Virus record (IMG/VR): IMGVR_UViG_3300022926_000002
Direction: 5' to 3' (one strand)
Length of the DNA: 63,483 nucleotides
Source: an uncultured virus (IMG/VR IMGVR_UViG_3300022926_000002)
Lineage: Duplodnaviria > Heunggongvirae > Uroviricota > Caudoviricetes
Shown here in pieces: positions 48,392 through 58,025 of the stretch. The position numbers and the translations under genes were made by a program. A model generated the notes under the pieces. It had not been told where the DNA came from and searched no databases. It worked only from the letters and a program-made list of their open reading frames with translations. Every line of letters begins with the position of its first letter. Position 1 is the stretch's first letter.

Positions 48392-50265
48392 TAGTAACCG
48401 CTGCTCCCGCTACTTGATGAAGATGAACTTGAACTCGAGGTTGTTGTTCCTGCTGCCACGGTTGTTGCGGTTGAGCTCTCATCAATAATATTAACTGTTA
48501 CGTCAGTGTCACGGATTGTAAACAATCTACCTTTAGGTGCTTTAATATCATTTCGTTTTGTTTCCGCAATAATTTTAATTGCTGATCCTGTATAACCATC
48601 TGTCTTAAAGCCAATTAATTTGATTTCACCTGTTGTATAATTCACTGTACCAAGGTTTGGGATAACAACTTGCGGGTTATTAACATCAGATGTAATCATT
48701 TGAATTTTACCAGCACCGTCATCTTGTAAATAAACATTAACACTATCGTATGAAAAGGTTCCACTAATAATAGATGGTTTATAATCCGTAAATCCTGTTG
48801 CCAATTTGAAAGGATATGGTTTAATTATTTCTGCCTCAAACTTAAACACTGGGTTTTCCGAAACATTCAATGCCGGTGAATATTCAATATATGGACAAGC
48901 AGTTACTTTATTACTCAAAATTGAAATGTCACCTGCATCAATTTCAGATGATAGCGTGGACAATCTCAACCTTTTATTAAAGTCATCAAGATTAACTATA
49001 ACGTGATTTGAGATAATATTACGGATAATAGTTTCAAGTTCACCTACTGACTTACGAGTAATCTTTGCATTGTAATAAGCATTAACAGTTACATTTGAGT
49101 ATAAGTAATTTGTTGCTACGAATACAGGTTCAACCGCAAGTGGTGTTTTATCTTTTAAGTAATCAACATATGTATTAGATAAGGTTGATGATAGCTGATC
49201 TTCACCTTGTCCTAGATAAATTGATATTGCAACTCTACCAAACTGTGGAGGATTTAATTCATCACCGCCATATGCTGCAACTGCTTGGATTTCAGGAAAT
49301 CTTTGCTTTAACAAAATTTCATAATCCGACGCTGTAATAGCACGTTCTTGAATTTGAATTGATTTTGGAGCAAAGTAACGAATGCTTTCAATTGATTCTT
49401 GTTCAGCACCACCTGTTGCTGGTGCTACCGTCGTAACTGTTGTTGTACCAGTGTTTGTAACATTAATTGAGAACAAACTTGCACCGTTAGGTTCTGATCC
49501 TGAACAAATTCTATACTTAACACGGATATCTTGTGTTTCTGTTGGTTGCATACCAAACTTATTATTACCAAAGTAAATAGTATATCGGCCATCGTAATAT
49601 GGTTCAACATAAAATACTTTATCGAGCGGTCCTACACCAAAGATATTGTTTTTACGAATATATTGGTTCGCGTCATCACTTGCTTCGGCATCAACAAACA
49701 CTGAAAGTGATTCTGTATCAGCATTTTCGTTTGAAAGGATAACTCTTAGTGTTCCGTCAACATCAACAAAGTAACCTTCTCTTTCAAAGCTTGTTAGCAT
49801 TTGACCTTCAAATATTTCTACATTTTCTGCAACAAAAACACCTGGTGCAGTTTTGCGAGCAACGTATGCTTTATCAGAAACGAATTCGTAATTTACACCA
49901 AGATAAGATGTTGTAAATGCCGCATTCTCTTCAATTGTAATAGTTTGACCGATTACAGTATCATCATTAATTGTTACGTTTACAATAGCACGTGCCGATG
50001 TTCTTGAACGTGGTAAATAATTCAATTCCTTGGCGTGTGAAATAACTGAGTTTCTCAATACCGCACTGTCAATAAACATTTCATTCATTGCCATATTGGT
50101 ATAGAAGTTATTCTGATACGTGTTATATGAAAGCACATCCATTAAGACCGATAGGTTTGACCCATCAAAGTCATAATCTTTATATCGAGTTTGACCTTTT
50201 AAATAATTTTTGAGCTGTTGTTTTGAATTCTCAAAATCTAATTCCGTAATATTTAATTTAGCCAT
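48391..50265 (-). CDS. gp6: Baseplate wedge subunit gp6
   Basis: LNITELDFE...DYDFDGSNLSVLMDVLSYNTY, ESIESIRYFAP...QERAITASDY, GTVNYTTG. Confidence 0.92.
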   Translation of the reverse strand: MAKLNITELDFENSKQQLKNYLKGQTRYKDYDFDGSNLSVLMDVLSYNTYQNNFYTNMAMNEMFIDSAVLRNSVISHAKELNYLPRSRTSARAIVNVTINDDTVIGQTITIEENAAFTTSYLGVNYEFVSDKAYVARKTAPGVFVAENVEIFEGQMLTSFEREGYFVDVDGTLRVILSNENADTESLSVFVDAEASDDANQYIRKNNIFGVGPLDKVFYVEPYYDGRYTIYFGNNKFGMQPTETQDIRVKYRICSGSEPNGASLFSINVTNTGTTTVTTVAPATGGAEQESIESIRYFAPKSIQIQERAITASDYEILLKQRFPEIQAVAAYGGDELNPPQFGRVAISIYLGQGEDQLSSTLSNTYVDYLKDKTPLAVEPVFVATNYLYSNVTVNAYYNAKITRKSVGELETIIRNIISNHVIVNLDDFNKRLRLSTLSSEIDAGDISILSNKVTACPYIEYSPALNVSENPVFKFEAEIIKPYPFKLATGFTDYKPSIISGTFSYDSVNVYLQDDGAGKIQMITSDVNNPQVVIPNLGTVNYTTGEIKLIGFKTDGYTGSAIKIIAETKRNDIKAPKGRLFTIRDTDVTVNIIDESSTATTVAAGTTTSSSSSSSSSSGSSGY

Positions 50266-50266
50266 T

Positions 50267-50683
50267 TTATCTTGTCCTCTCTAGAAACACGCTTAGCGAT
50301 ACTGGCTGCTCGTCGTTCGTAACGTAAAATTCTATTGTGATTGCAACCTCATTTGAGTCAAGGTTTGCTGAAACGGTAACATCAATGAGTTCTGCCCGTG
50401 GTTCGTATAATTCAATAGTTGTTCTAACCTGTTCTTCCATTAACCTAACGGTTGCAGGTGTTAGATTTTCAAAAAGCATTGCTCTTATATTGCCACCAAG
50501 GTTTGGTTGCATTAATCTTTCACCGCGATCGGTTAGTATTAAATTCCGTATTGCTTCTTTAACTGATTCATCATCTTTGTTTAATGTAATATCTGAAGAT
50601 ATTGGACTTAATTCAAGATTCTTTTTAAAATCCTGATAAAGCGAAATCTTTTTTGATTTTGCGGTTATTAAATTAACTACCAT
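50267..50683 (-). CDS. gp25: Baseplate wedge subunit gp25
   Basis: SVKEAIRNLILTDRGERLMQPNLG...LFE...IELYEPR...LERTR. Confidence 0.92.
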   Translation of the reverse strand: MVVNLITAKSKKISLYQDFKKNLELSPISSDITLNKDDESVKEAIRNLILTDRGERLMQPNLGGNIRAMLFENLTPATVRLMEEQVRTTIELYEPRAELIDVTVSANLDSNEVAITIEFYVTNDEQPVSLSVFLERTR

Positions 50684-52498
50684 TTATTTGTACCATGTTG
50701 CTGCATCTTTTCGATCCCTGTGGTCTATATGTAAGAATGTACTCCCAGGCGCTTCGTATACTCCTAATCCCCAAAAACCGTTTGCTTGTGCAATCGCCAT
50801 TAATTCGTTCCTTCTAGTCGGGTAAGTTTCCCAATCTAAATCAAACGCAATCCCTGCCGTGTGCTTTGAATGTATCGCTACGTTCTCAATACCCACCACG
50901 TCTCTTAAAAATCTGTTATATTCCGGTGTCCTATATCCGCTTACTAATTGTACTTTTGGACCATTCCATTCAATAAGTGTTCTCATTAATGCTAACCGTT
51001 CTAATGGTTCACACCCTACCCAAAATGTATCGTAATGCGGCATTACATTATTTGCTCTCATTAGTGCATCACCGTAAAGTGCTCTTGCACTATAATTAGC
51101 ATCAATCCAAATATAACGATTTGTATTTTCAATCAAATCTTCAAACGTTGGAAAAACCTCCATTACTTCATCAAAACTAATTTGCCGATCGCCATAACTT
51201 CTTGGTCTTGGTACAGGTCTTACGGATCCATCATATATATTTGGGTTTACTGGAGGCAAAGTCGACACTTCAGTTTGACCTGGCGGTACTGAAGCTTCGG
51301 GTGGTTGCCAAACCTGCCCATCACGTGTAGAGTCTGCTATAGATTGTTCTACCCTTTCTGTGTGTAACTGTTGTTGATTATTTATTCTTTCTTCAAGGAC
51401 CTCAGGTGGTGTTCGAGTGCCATTAGCTGCAATTACTTGAGCGGTTGCAGCATTTCCTTGAACTGTTAATGCTTCTTCGGCTACTTTAAGATCATCGGCA
51501 AATGTTGTAAGTGGTTCTTTAACTTTATTAACCTGATCTTCAACACCTGTTAGTAATCCACAGAAACGTGAGATAAGAAATTGAATTTCACCAATACCAG
51601 GATTGGCAAACAATCCAACCGCATAATCAAACAAACCAGTTAATTTGTCTTTAATAGATTGAATATTAGTTTTTTCAAAGAAAGCCAATGCTTTATCTCT
51701 GATTTTAAGAAATGCTCTTGTGATACCTTTTAAAGAAGGTCCTGTAATACCTTGAATTAATGAACCTAAATCAAAGTTCTTAATTGCTGATTGTACTTGC
51801 TTTACAACAGAATCAAACATACCAACAAGTTTATTTTTAATAGCTTCAATTAATGCTTTTACTTTAATCTTTTCAAAAAGTGCCTCTGATGGATTTTCAA
51901 TGTTTTTAAGTTTTGATAAAAATGATAAAGCATCATTGAGAAGGAAACCTACTTGACCGATTTTATCAAAGAATGAATCAATAGCACCAAAGACGTTTGG
52001 CAATGTGCCACACAACCCACCAGCAATTGCTAATGAAAAACCACCAGAAAAGAAACCGTCAAGTTGTTCTAAAAGATTTTTATAATCATTTGCAGTTGCA
52101 ACACCAAAACTAAATGGTGTATAGCCTTGACTTTCAAGGAAAGATGCAAATTCAATATCAGTTATTGGACTTTTTTCTAACCGTGGGCCGAGGTATTTAA
52201 ATTTCGGCAATTCTTTAACAATGTAATCTTCTTTAATAAATGTATTATTAAAATTGTTAAGTTGCGTATATAATTGTTCACCGTATTTTTCAACAGCCTT
52301 TGCAACAACATTGATAGGTTTACTAGTAGAATTAAAACCAGCAATATCAAATGCCATTTTATTAATTGCTTGTTTAGTATAATTACCTTTACTATCAACA
52401 AACAATTCTACTGATGGTGAAGTTCCACCTGGCGTTAAAACGGTTGAAGCTTTTAGAGCCGATGGAATAAACGGATCTGGATCTTTACAAGCTGTCAC
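50684..52498 (-). CDS. Baseplate-associated protein with C-terminal M15-family zinc peptidase (peptidoglycan hydrolase)
   Basis: SGYRTPEYN, SKHTAGIAFD (SxHxxGxAxD) and FLHID motifs; helical N-terminal part; lies between gp5 and gp25. Confidence 0.75.
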   Translation of the reverse strand: MTACKDPDPFIPSALKASTVLTPGGTSPSVELFVDSKGNYTKQAINKMAFDIAGFNSTSKPINVVAKAVEKYGEQLYTQLNNFNNTFIKEDYIVKELPKFKYLGPRLEKSPITDIEFASFLESQGYTPFSFGVATANDYKNLLEQLDGFFSGGFSLAIAGGLCGTLPNVFGAIDSFFDKIGQVGFLLNDALSFLSKLKNIENPSEALFEKIKVKALIEAIKNKLVGMFDSVVKQVQSAIKNFDLGSLIQGITGPSLKGITRAFLKIRDKALAFFEKTNIQSIKDKLTGLFDYAVGLFANPGIGEIQFLISRFCGLLTGVEDQVNKVKEPLTTFADDLKVAEEALTVQGNAATAQVIAANGTRTPPEVLEERINNQQQLHTERVEQSIADSTRDGQVWQPPEASVPPGQTEVSTLPPVNPNIYDGSVRPVPRPRSYGDRQISFDEVMEVFPTFEDLIENTNRYIWIDANYSARALYGDALMRANNVMPHYDTFWVGCEPLERLALMRTLIEWNGPKVQLVSGYRTPEYNRFLRDVVGIENVAIHSKHTAGIAFDLDWETYPTRRNELMAIAQANGFWGLGVYEAPGSTFLHIDHRDRKDAATWYK

Positions 52499-52519
52499 AA
52501 CTATTCTCCTTAAGTTTCA

Positions 52520-53908
52520 TTATGCTGGTTCCCCATCATCTGATTGAAAAATTGAAGCGGGTGTACGCATTCCAAATTTATTTGCCGCGGTTGCTTTAAC
52601 GGAAGTTGATTTCTGTGGTGGCTCAGGCATTTCTGGTGTAATTGCGCCAATAGCATCTTCGGCAAATACTGCTTCTGTTGCTGTAGCGTTTCCACCTTCT
52701 GCCATACTCACATAATCATTAATATAAACAGTACTACTTGCGGTAACACTAATGTTACCTCCTGACTCTACCTGAAGGTTTGTACCTGATAGTATACTAA
52801 CATCAGATTCACCAAATATATTTAAAACACCTTGGTTAGCTTTAATATTCATATCAGTGATGGCAGTCATATTCAAATTGTTTGCTTTAATATTCATATT
52901 AGATGCAGCTTGATCCCACATAAATGGTGCCTTGCGATACATCCCAATGCCCGCTTCAATTTGCATTTCTTTTTCGGCGCGTATTGATAATGTACCGGCA
53001 TTTGCTTCCATTCTTATATCACCGGCGCGCATTTGAATTTGCTCGCTGACATTATAATTTGATTGTCCGCCAACTGAATGACTGTGATTTCCGTGTACTA
53101 TTGTTTTAAGATCACCTGTAATTTCTTCAGTTTTGTTTCCGTCAACATATACACTTGCATCACCGTCAATTGTTACAAAAGATTTGCCGCCAATATGAAC
53201 ATATTGATTTTCGTCCGTAACATCAAACCTTGTTCCTGTTGCCTTTGTTGTAAGACTACCACCACTCCCAATCTGAACATAAGATTGAGTTTGAGTATTA
53301 GTAATCGTAATTCTTTCAGAACCTGGCGTATCATCAAGTTCAACTACATGGCGTGCTGATTGGATAACACGGTTATATGGATATGCTGCCTGATACCCGG
53401 GATCTGGTTCATCCCAGCTTTGTCCGCCGTCAGGATCATCCGCAACAGTAACTTTGGTAACACGAGACATTTTTTGTCCATGAAGGTGTGTTTTCTGTAG
53501 CTCTTCACCACGTTCTAATCTGGAATGATGCGGTTGCCCTAAGTTTTCTGGTTGTTTTGCTCTACTGTTCAATTCAGGTTGTTCTGTTATTACACCCCAA
53601 CCTTTTGTTTCAGGATTGATTTCTTCATTATATTGAGTAGGAACTGTTCCGATAATAATTGGTTGCTGTGCATCTCTACCATCAATAAACAAACCAAAAA
53701 CGAAATCGTTTTCATCAGGAATTTGATTAAATAAGTCATTTACAAGGCAACTTGCCCATGGTAATGATTGAGTCGGAACTTTATCATTCAAACCATGTAC
53801 TCCAAATGCTCTTACTTGAACTCGTCCTTGCTTTTGTGGATCATCTCTATTCTCAATAACACCAATAAAGAATAAAGGTTCTCTTATGCCAACACCGTAT
53901 GGGAACAT
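52520..53908 (-). CDS. gp5: Baseplate hub/spike gp5 (OB fold plus beta-helix, no lysozyme domain)
   Basis: FFIGVIENRDDPQKQGRVQVRAFGVH...LPWA...VFGLFIDG..AQQPIIIG; YPYNRV...HVVELDDTPGSERI; VxG beta-helix repeats. Confidence 0.88.
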   Translation of the reverse strand: MFPYGVGIREPLFFIGVIENRDDPQKQGRVQVRAFGVHGLNDKVPTQSLPWASCLVNDLFNQIPDENDFVFGLFIDGRDAQQPIIIGTVPTQYNEEINPETKGWGVITEQPELNSRAKQPENLGQPHHSRLERGEELQKTHLHGQKMSRVTKVTVADDPDGGQSWDEPDPGYQAAYPYNRVIQSARHVVELDDTPGSERITITNTQTQSYVQIGSGGSLTTKATGTRFDVTDENQYVHIGGKSFVTIDGDASVYVDGNKTEEITGDLKTIVHGNHSHSVGGQSNYNVSEQIQMRAGDIRMEANAGTLSIRAEKEMQIEAGIGMYRKAPFMWDQAASNMNIKANNLNMTAITDMNIKANQGVLNIFGESDVSILSGTNLQVESGGNISVTASSTVYINDYVSMAEGGNATATEAVFAEDAIGAITPEMPEPPQKSTSVKATAANKFGMRTPASIFQSDDGEPA

Positions 53909-55281
53909 TAATCATTACTCCAATCATATTTAACAAGCTCAAAGTTGGTCCGTACTTTATCGTTTTCCAATGTATGCTTGGTTGTAAATACAAGATACCT
54001 ACCTGATAGCTGTTGATGGTTATTAGAAGTACCTAAAGCATCAAATCCTTGAACTGTAAGATCAATTAATTGACCAGGCATAATATCCATTCGGCCTGTT
54101 AATGATGCCGATACTTTAGTGTTGTATAAATGGTGCCTGTATGCTATTCGGTTTGAAACTAAATCATCAAGTCTTTGGTCAGATGCCAATTCACGTGAAG
54201 TAGCATAAGGTCCGGTAAAATCACGGAATGCAAGAAACCGTGGACCGTTGTCAATTCTAAATGTTTCTTCAGCAAATTCTCTAGAATGTGGAAAATCAAT
54301 TTGGCCTCTTCGTGCCTGAACTCCTGACATATCAACAAACTCAGCTTCTTCGGTATACTTATATGTTGATTCAGTATAGTTGTGGTTTAATATATCAACT
54401 ACACAAACCGTACTTGCATATCCGCCTGATTTTATATCTTTACCAATATCACTACCTCTTGAATTAATAGTGATATATTCAATACGATTAAGTTGCTTTT
54501 CAGGTTCAGTAGGATCATATGTTGCATTAGGTGAATAAAAGAATTTTTGTATTACGTCATCTGCTTCAACTGATTCTTTAATTAAATATTCATCAGTCAC
54601 AAAAAAGTAATCAGTTAAATTTTCAAAGAAACGATAAGTCTGTGAATTTGCTTCACCATAAGCACGTCGAGCAAGGAACAACATTGTTTCCGACGGTGTG
54701 TAATGCGGGATAGCTAAATTGTTTAAACCAATTGTAGGTTGTATTGTAAACTTTCGGCTTTCATTTGTTGCAAAATTAACTAATGGAAATTTAGCAGTAC
54801 CATATGGGAATGTTCTGCTTCCTTCATTTCTAACAGCAGTGCCAAGTGTTGCGAAATAATTTCTAAACGTATATTCAACAATTTGGTTTATTGATTTATT
54901 GGCAAACCCTTCTTCAACATCCGACGCAACGGCTGCCGAATAAGTAACTGCTGATATAAAATGAATATTATACCGAACACCATTCATACTTTCAGTAGGT
55001 ACTAAATTATCAATACGAATAACCTGACACGCCAAATCATATTCAGTATCAAGGTCGTGGGATACAATTTTTAAAATTAATTGTTCTTCGCCAAGTAATG
55101 GTGTCTTGTCAAGGAAACCAACGGTGTCTAGGACAGCGGCTACACCACTCCATGAAGTCATACCCATCGACTGATTGATTTCAATACCATCAATCATCCC
55201 GGCGATATTTTCATCAAGGTTTGTGTATTTGTTTCTTAACGTAAATGAAACAATCGTATATGATGATGGATTAAATGCCAT
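53908..55281 (-). CDS. Baseplate hub protein (gp27/gpD-like)
   Basis: Position between gp53 and gp5; SGxxxxxDxxG...PLLGEE N-terminus and SGRYLV...KH C-terminus. Confidence 0.6.
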   Translation of the reverse strand: MAFNPSSYTIVSFTLRNKYTNLDENIAGMIDGIEINQSMGMTSWSGVAAVLDTVGFLDKTPLLGEEQLILKIVSHDLDTEYDLACQVIRIDNLVPTESMNGVRYNIHFISAVTYSAAVASDVEEGFANKSINQIVEYTFRNYFATLGTAVRNEGSRTFPYGTAKFPLVNFATNESRKFTIQPTIGLNNLAIPHYTPSETMLFLARRAYGEANSQTYRFFENLTDYFFVTDEYLIKESVEADDVIQKFFYSPNATYDPTEPEKQLNRIEYITINSRGSDIGKDIKSGGYASTVCVVDILNHNYTESTYKYTEEAEFVDMSGVQARRGQIDFPHSREFAEETFRIDNGPRFLAFRDFTGPYATSRELASDQRLDDLVSNRIAYRHHLYNTKVSASLTGRMDIMPGQLIDLTVQGFDALGTSNNHQQLSGRYLVFTTKHTLENDKVRTNFELVKYDWSND

Positions 55282-55536
55282 TTATAGTTTTATACTTTTT
55301 ACAAATTCTTCGGTTACTTGTGGTAAATACTTTTTATCAATTAAAAAGATCTCACGTTTGTTTTCGTTTATTGCTCGTTCGTTATCCCAAATGCGCCAAG
55401 GTTTCCATTCTTCAGGAATAATACGTTTAATAATAATTTTACGACCTTGTTCTGTTCTGATAATAACTCGGTCTTCCTTACGAAGATAAATTGTTTCAAA
55501 ACTTTCAGGTGTTAATTTGACTAGATCAACTGCCAT
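55282..55536 (-). CDS. gp53 C-terminal part (second half of a split gene)
   Basis: ERAINENKREIFLIDKKYLPQVTEEF resembles the usual gp53 C-terminus. In frame with the upstream ORF, separated by TAA TAA; GGAGG upstream of its ATG. Confidence 0.7.
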   Translation of the reverse strand: MAVDLVKLTPESFETIYLRKEDRVIIRTEQGRKIIIKRIIPEEWKPWRIWDNERAINENKREIFLIDKKYLPQVTEEFVKSIKL

Positions 55537-55539
55537 TTA

Positions 55540-55914
55540 TTAAACCTCCCTATACCAATAGATGATGTTTTCATCGTTATCTTCTTGTGTCCAATCGACT
55601 ACATCATCACCAATCCTACCTGATACATTACCGTATTTGTCAATTAAGAAATCTTTAAATTCTGCTTCCGACAACGGCCACTCATGGTAAGGATCCATTA
55701 TATTGTTTGCCATATAAACGAGCCAAGTATAATCAACTGAACCGTAATAAAAATTAGCAATATCCTCAGCTCTTTCACCTTCACTAATTGTATATGGTAA
55801 ATAAAGTAAAGGGTTTGTACTTACGTTACGAACAAATTGATTTCTTCGTGTAATGTCACGTACCTGTTTACCTTCGTATGTTATAATTGGAAAATTTTCA
55901 AAATACTTTGCCAT
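55540..55914 (-). CDS. gp53: Baseplate wedge gp53, N-terminal part
   Basis: KYFENFP, YTISEGERAEDIANFYYGSVDYTWLVYMANNIMDPYHEWPLS (LysM-like gp53 core). Confidence 0.85.
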   Translation of the reverse strand: MAKYFENFPIITYEGKQVRDITRRNQFVRNVSTNPLLYLPYTISEGERAEDIANFYYGSVDYTWLVYMANNIMDPYHEWPLSEAEFKDFLIDKYGNVSGRIGDDVVDWTQEDNDENIIYWYREV

Positions 55915-56897
55915 TAAGTTTCTCCTACCGCATTAGCATCTGCACCGGCGCTAACACCATAATCATTCGCAGTTTGAATTTCGAGTTCTTGGAAGGTTAA
56001 TGCTATTTGAACTGCTGATGGTTTACCACCTTTCATAATGCTTGTCAATCCGCCAACTTGATAATTAACAGTAAACTGTGTAACCATTGAAGTTTTATAT
56101 TGCATCCAATGAGTAGGATCAATTCCCAATAAAAAGATATCTACTGTTGAAGGATATGACAAGAATGCCTGTGTAAGACCAGCAAAATCTCGTGCTACAG
56201 GTAATGTCTTTTGTTTGAACCTTTCAACAATCTTTTTAATCAAAATTGAATCAGATTTATTCGTTGGATATAAATCAAATGTCATATTATGAGTTCTTAA
56301 ATCAACACCTTCAAACGATAGTGTTTCTCTTGGGTTAACAGTATTTCCTTGCACCGTATCAAGTGTTCTGCCAATGTCACCTGGCAATTTACTACGCAAA
56401 AGGTATTGTGCTGACTTGGCGGTATCAGCAAGGCTTGATCCCATAATCGCCGATCCTGCTGCATTAATAGACATATCCTCAGGTGCATTTCTACCCATAC
56501 CCGCTCCTAATGACATTAGTAGTTGTGGTAGATCTGAAACTTTTGAATTGCCAAAATCACCAGATGCAGCAAATTCTCTTGCCGCAGTAGCAAGGTATTC
56601 CGTTGTTTTATTTCTTTCAAACCCATTAATTCTAAGGTTCGTATCATCCTGTAGTGTTGTGGGAAAAGGTAGTTCAATAGAATTAATTGATCTTAATTCA
56701 CTACCTACAGCTCTCTGCCCAACTCTTTCACTACTTGCGTTTAATCCACCGCCTAGTGCAGTTTTAAAATCATAATCTTTAAAAACGAACAGAACCGAAT
56801 GTGGTACAGGCGATGTTGGAAACGATAAATTACCTTGAGTGTTCTTATTGCGCCATGCATTTCTGTCCAGCTCTGGGCGAGTTGATGTTTTCGCCAT
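55914..56897 (-). CDS. gp48: Baseplate tail-tube cap gp48
   Basis: IELPFP, NPRETLSFEGVDLRTHNMTFDLYP...IKKIV..FK, LTFQELEI. Confidence 0.8.
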   Translation of the reverse strand: MAKTSTRPELDRNAWRNKNTQGNLSFPTSPVPHSVLFVFKDYDFKTALGGGLNASSERVGQRAVGSELRSINSIELPFPTTLQDDTNLRINGFERNKTTEYLATAAREFAASGDFGNSKVSDLPQLLMSLGAGMGRNAPEDMSINAAGSAIMGSSLADTAKSAQYLLRSKLPGDIGRTLDTVQGNTVNPRETLSFEGVDLRTHNMTFDLYPTNKSDSILIKKIVERFKQKTLPVARDFAGLTQAFLSYPSTVDIFLLGIDPTHWMQYKTSMVTQFTVNYQVGGLTSIMKGGKPSAVQIALTFQELEIQTANDYGVSAGADANAVGET

Positions 56898-56915
56898 TTG
56901 ATTCGGTCCTTTTCT

Positions 56916-56923
56916 TATAAATA
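56916..56923 (+). promoter_or_regulatory. T4-type late promoter for the gp4-gp2-gp54-gp26 unit
   Basis: Exact TATAAATA on the plus strand in the strand-switch region. Confidence 0.8.
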
Positions 56924-56934
56924 GTTTATGTTCT

Positions 56935-56942
56935 TATTTATA
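56935..56942 (-). promoter_or_regulatory. T4-type late promoter for the gp48-gp53-gp5 unit
   Basis: Exact TATAAATA on the minus strand, facing the plus-strand promoter 11 nt away. Confidence 0.8.
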
Positions 56943-56949
56943 TGGAAGT

Positions 56950-57414
56950 GTGAGCAGGATATTGGCGTATAGTGGTAGGTTTCGGCCGAAAAACCCGCAG
57001 AAATATAAAGGTGACCCCACAAAGATTATTTATCGTTCGCTGTGGGAGTTTAAATTCTTTAGACACGTAGATAAACATCCTGATGTGATTTGGTGGCAAA
57101 GTGAAGAGGTTATTGTACCTTATAGATCACCAATTGATGGGCGGTTGCATCGGTATTTTCCTGATGTGATTGTTAGGCAGAAAAAGCCTGACGGTAAGAC
57201 CGAAACATTAATGATTGAAATTAAACCAAAGGCACAGACAAGGCCACCTGATATTCGTAATAAAAGTACACTCAAAGGTCGTGTATCAAAACGCTATTTG
57301 AATGAGGTTAAAACCTGGGGTGTTAATGAAGCAAAGTGGAAAGCAGCACAAAATTTCTGTGCTGACCGCGGATGGAAATTTTTGATATATACTGAAGATC
57401 ATTTAGGAGTTTAA
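56950..57414 (+). CDS. gp4: Head completion protein gp4 (true start may be TTG at 56962)
   Basis: AYSGRFRPKNPQKYKGDPTKIIYRSLWE...WQSEE...HRYFPD...IEIKP...NEAKWKAA. AGGA precedes the in-frame TTG at 56962. Confidence 0.92.
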   Translation: MSRILAYSGRFRPKNPQKYKGDPTKIIYRSLWEFKFFRHVDKHPDVIWWQSEEVIVPYRSPIDGRLHRYFPDVIVRQKKPDGKTETLMIEIKPKAQTRPPDIRNKSTLKGRVSKRYLNEVKTWGVNEAKWKAAQNFCADRGWKFLIYTEDHLGV

Positions 57415-57416
57415 AA

Positions 57417-58025
57417 ATGGTAGCAAAATTATTTGACGATATACTATTAAGAGGTATCCGTGAAGGGCAAATCCCTGCACGTACTGCAGGTGCCAGAGAT
57501 TGGTATCGTCAGCAAGCCGCTACAGTTGGAAAAGGTGAAGCAAAAGGTGAAAAACTTATTCGTGAAGCCGGTAAAGAAAGATATGAAAACAGATTTAGGT
57601 TAGGCCATATGTATATGTTTGCATATGATCCAAAGCACAAAAAGACATTACCATACTATGATAGGTTTCCACTTATATTTCCGATAAATAGAGCACAAGG
57701 TGGTTTTCTTGGTATCAATATGCATTATTTGCCACCCACCTTAAGAGCAAAATTAATGGACCAACTATATACTGTTGCCTCCAATAAAAAATATGATGAG
57801 ACTACTAAATTGAGGATTAGTTATGACGTATTAAACGGAGCATCTAAGTTTAAGTTATTTGCACCTACGGTGAAACATTATTTAACAAAGCAGGTAAGAA
57901 CGAGATTAGTATATATTAATCCTTCAGAATGGGATATTGCATTATTCTTACCGACACAAAAATTTGTTGGTGCCAAACAATCAAAAGTTTGGTCTGACTC
58001 AAGAAAAGCCGTAAGAGGAAGATAA
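57417..58025 (+). CDS. gp2: DNA end protector gp2
   Basis: MYMFAYDPKHKKTLPYYDRFPLIF...GINMHYLPP...KHYL...WDIALFLPT...VWSDS. Confidence 0.92.
   Translation: MVAKLFDDILLRGIREGQIPARTAGARDWYRQQAATVGKGEAKGEKLIREAGKERYENRFRLGHMYMFAYDPKHKKTLPYYDRFPLIFPINRAQGGFLGINMHYLPPTLRAKLMDQLYTVASNKKYDETTKLRISYDVLNGASKFKLFAPTVKHYLTKQVRTRLVYINPSEWDIALFLPTQKFVGAKQSKVWSDSRKAVRGR

Noticed and set aside
55534..55542. Stop-codon reassignment or readthrough
   Set aside because: Both stops are TAA, the usual stop here, and very long ORFs are intact under the standard code.
56950..57414. TnsA-like transposase or mobile element
   Set aside because: The nuclease-like motifs are those of T4 gp4 in its normal place beside gp2; no terminal repeats were seen.
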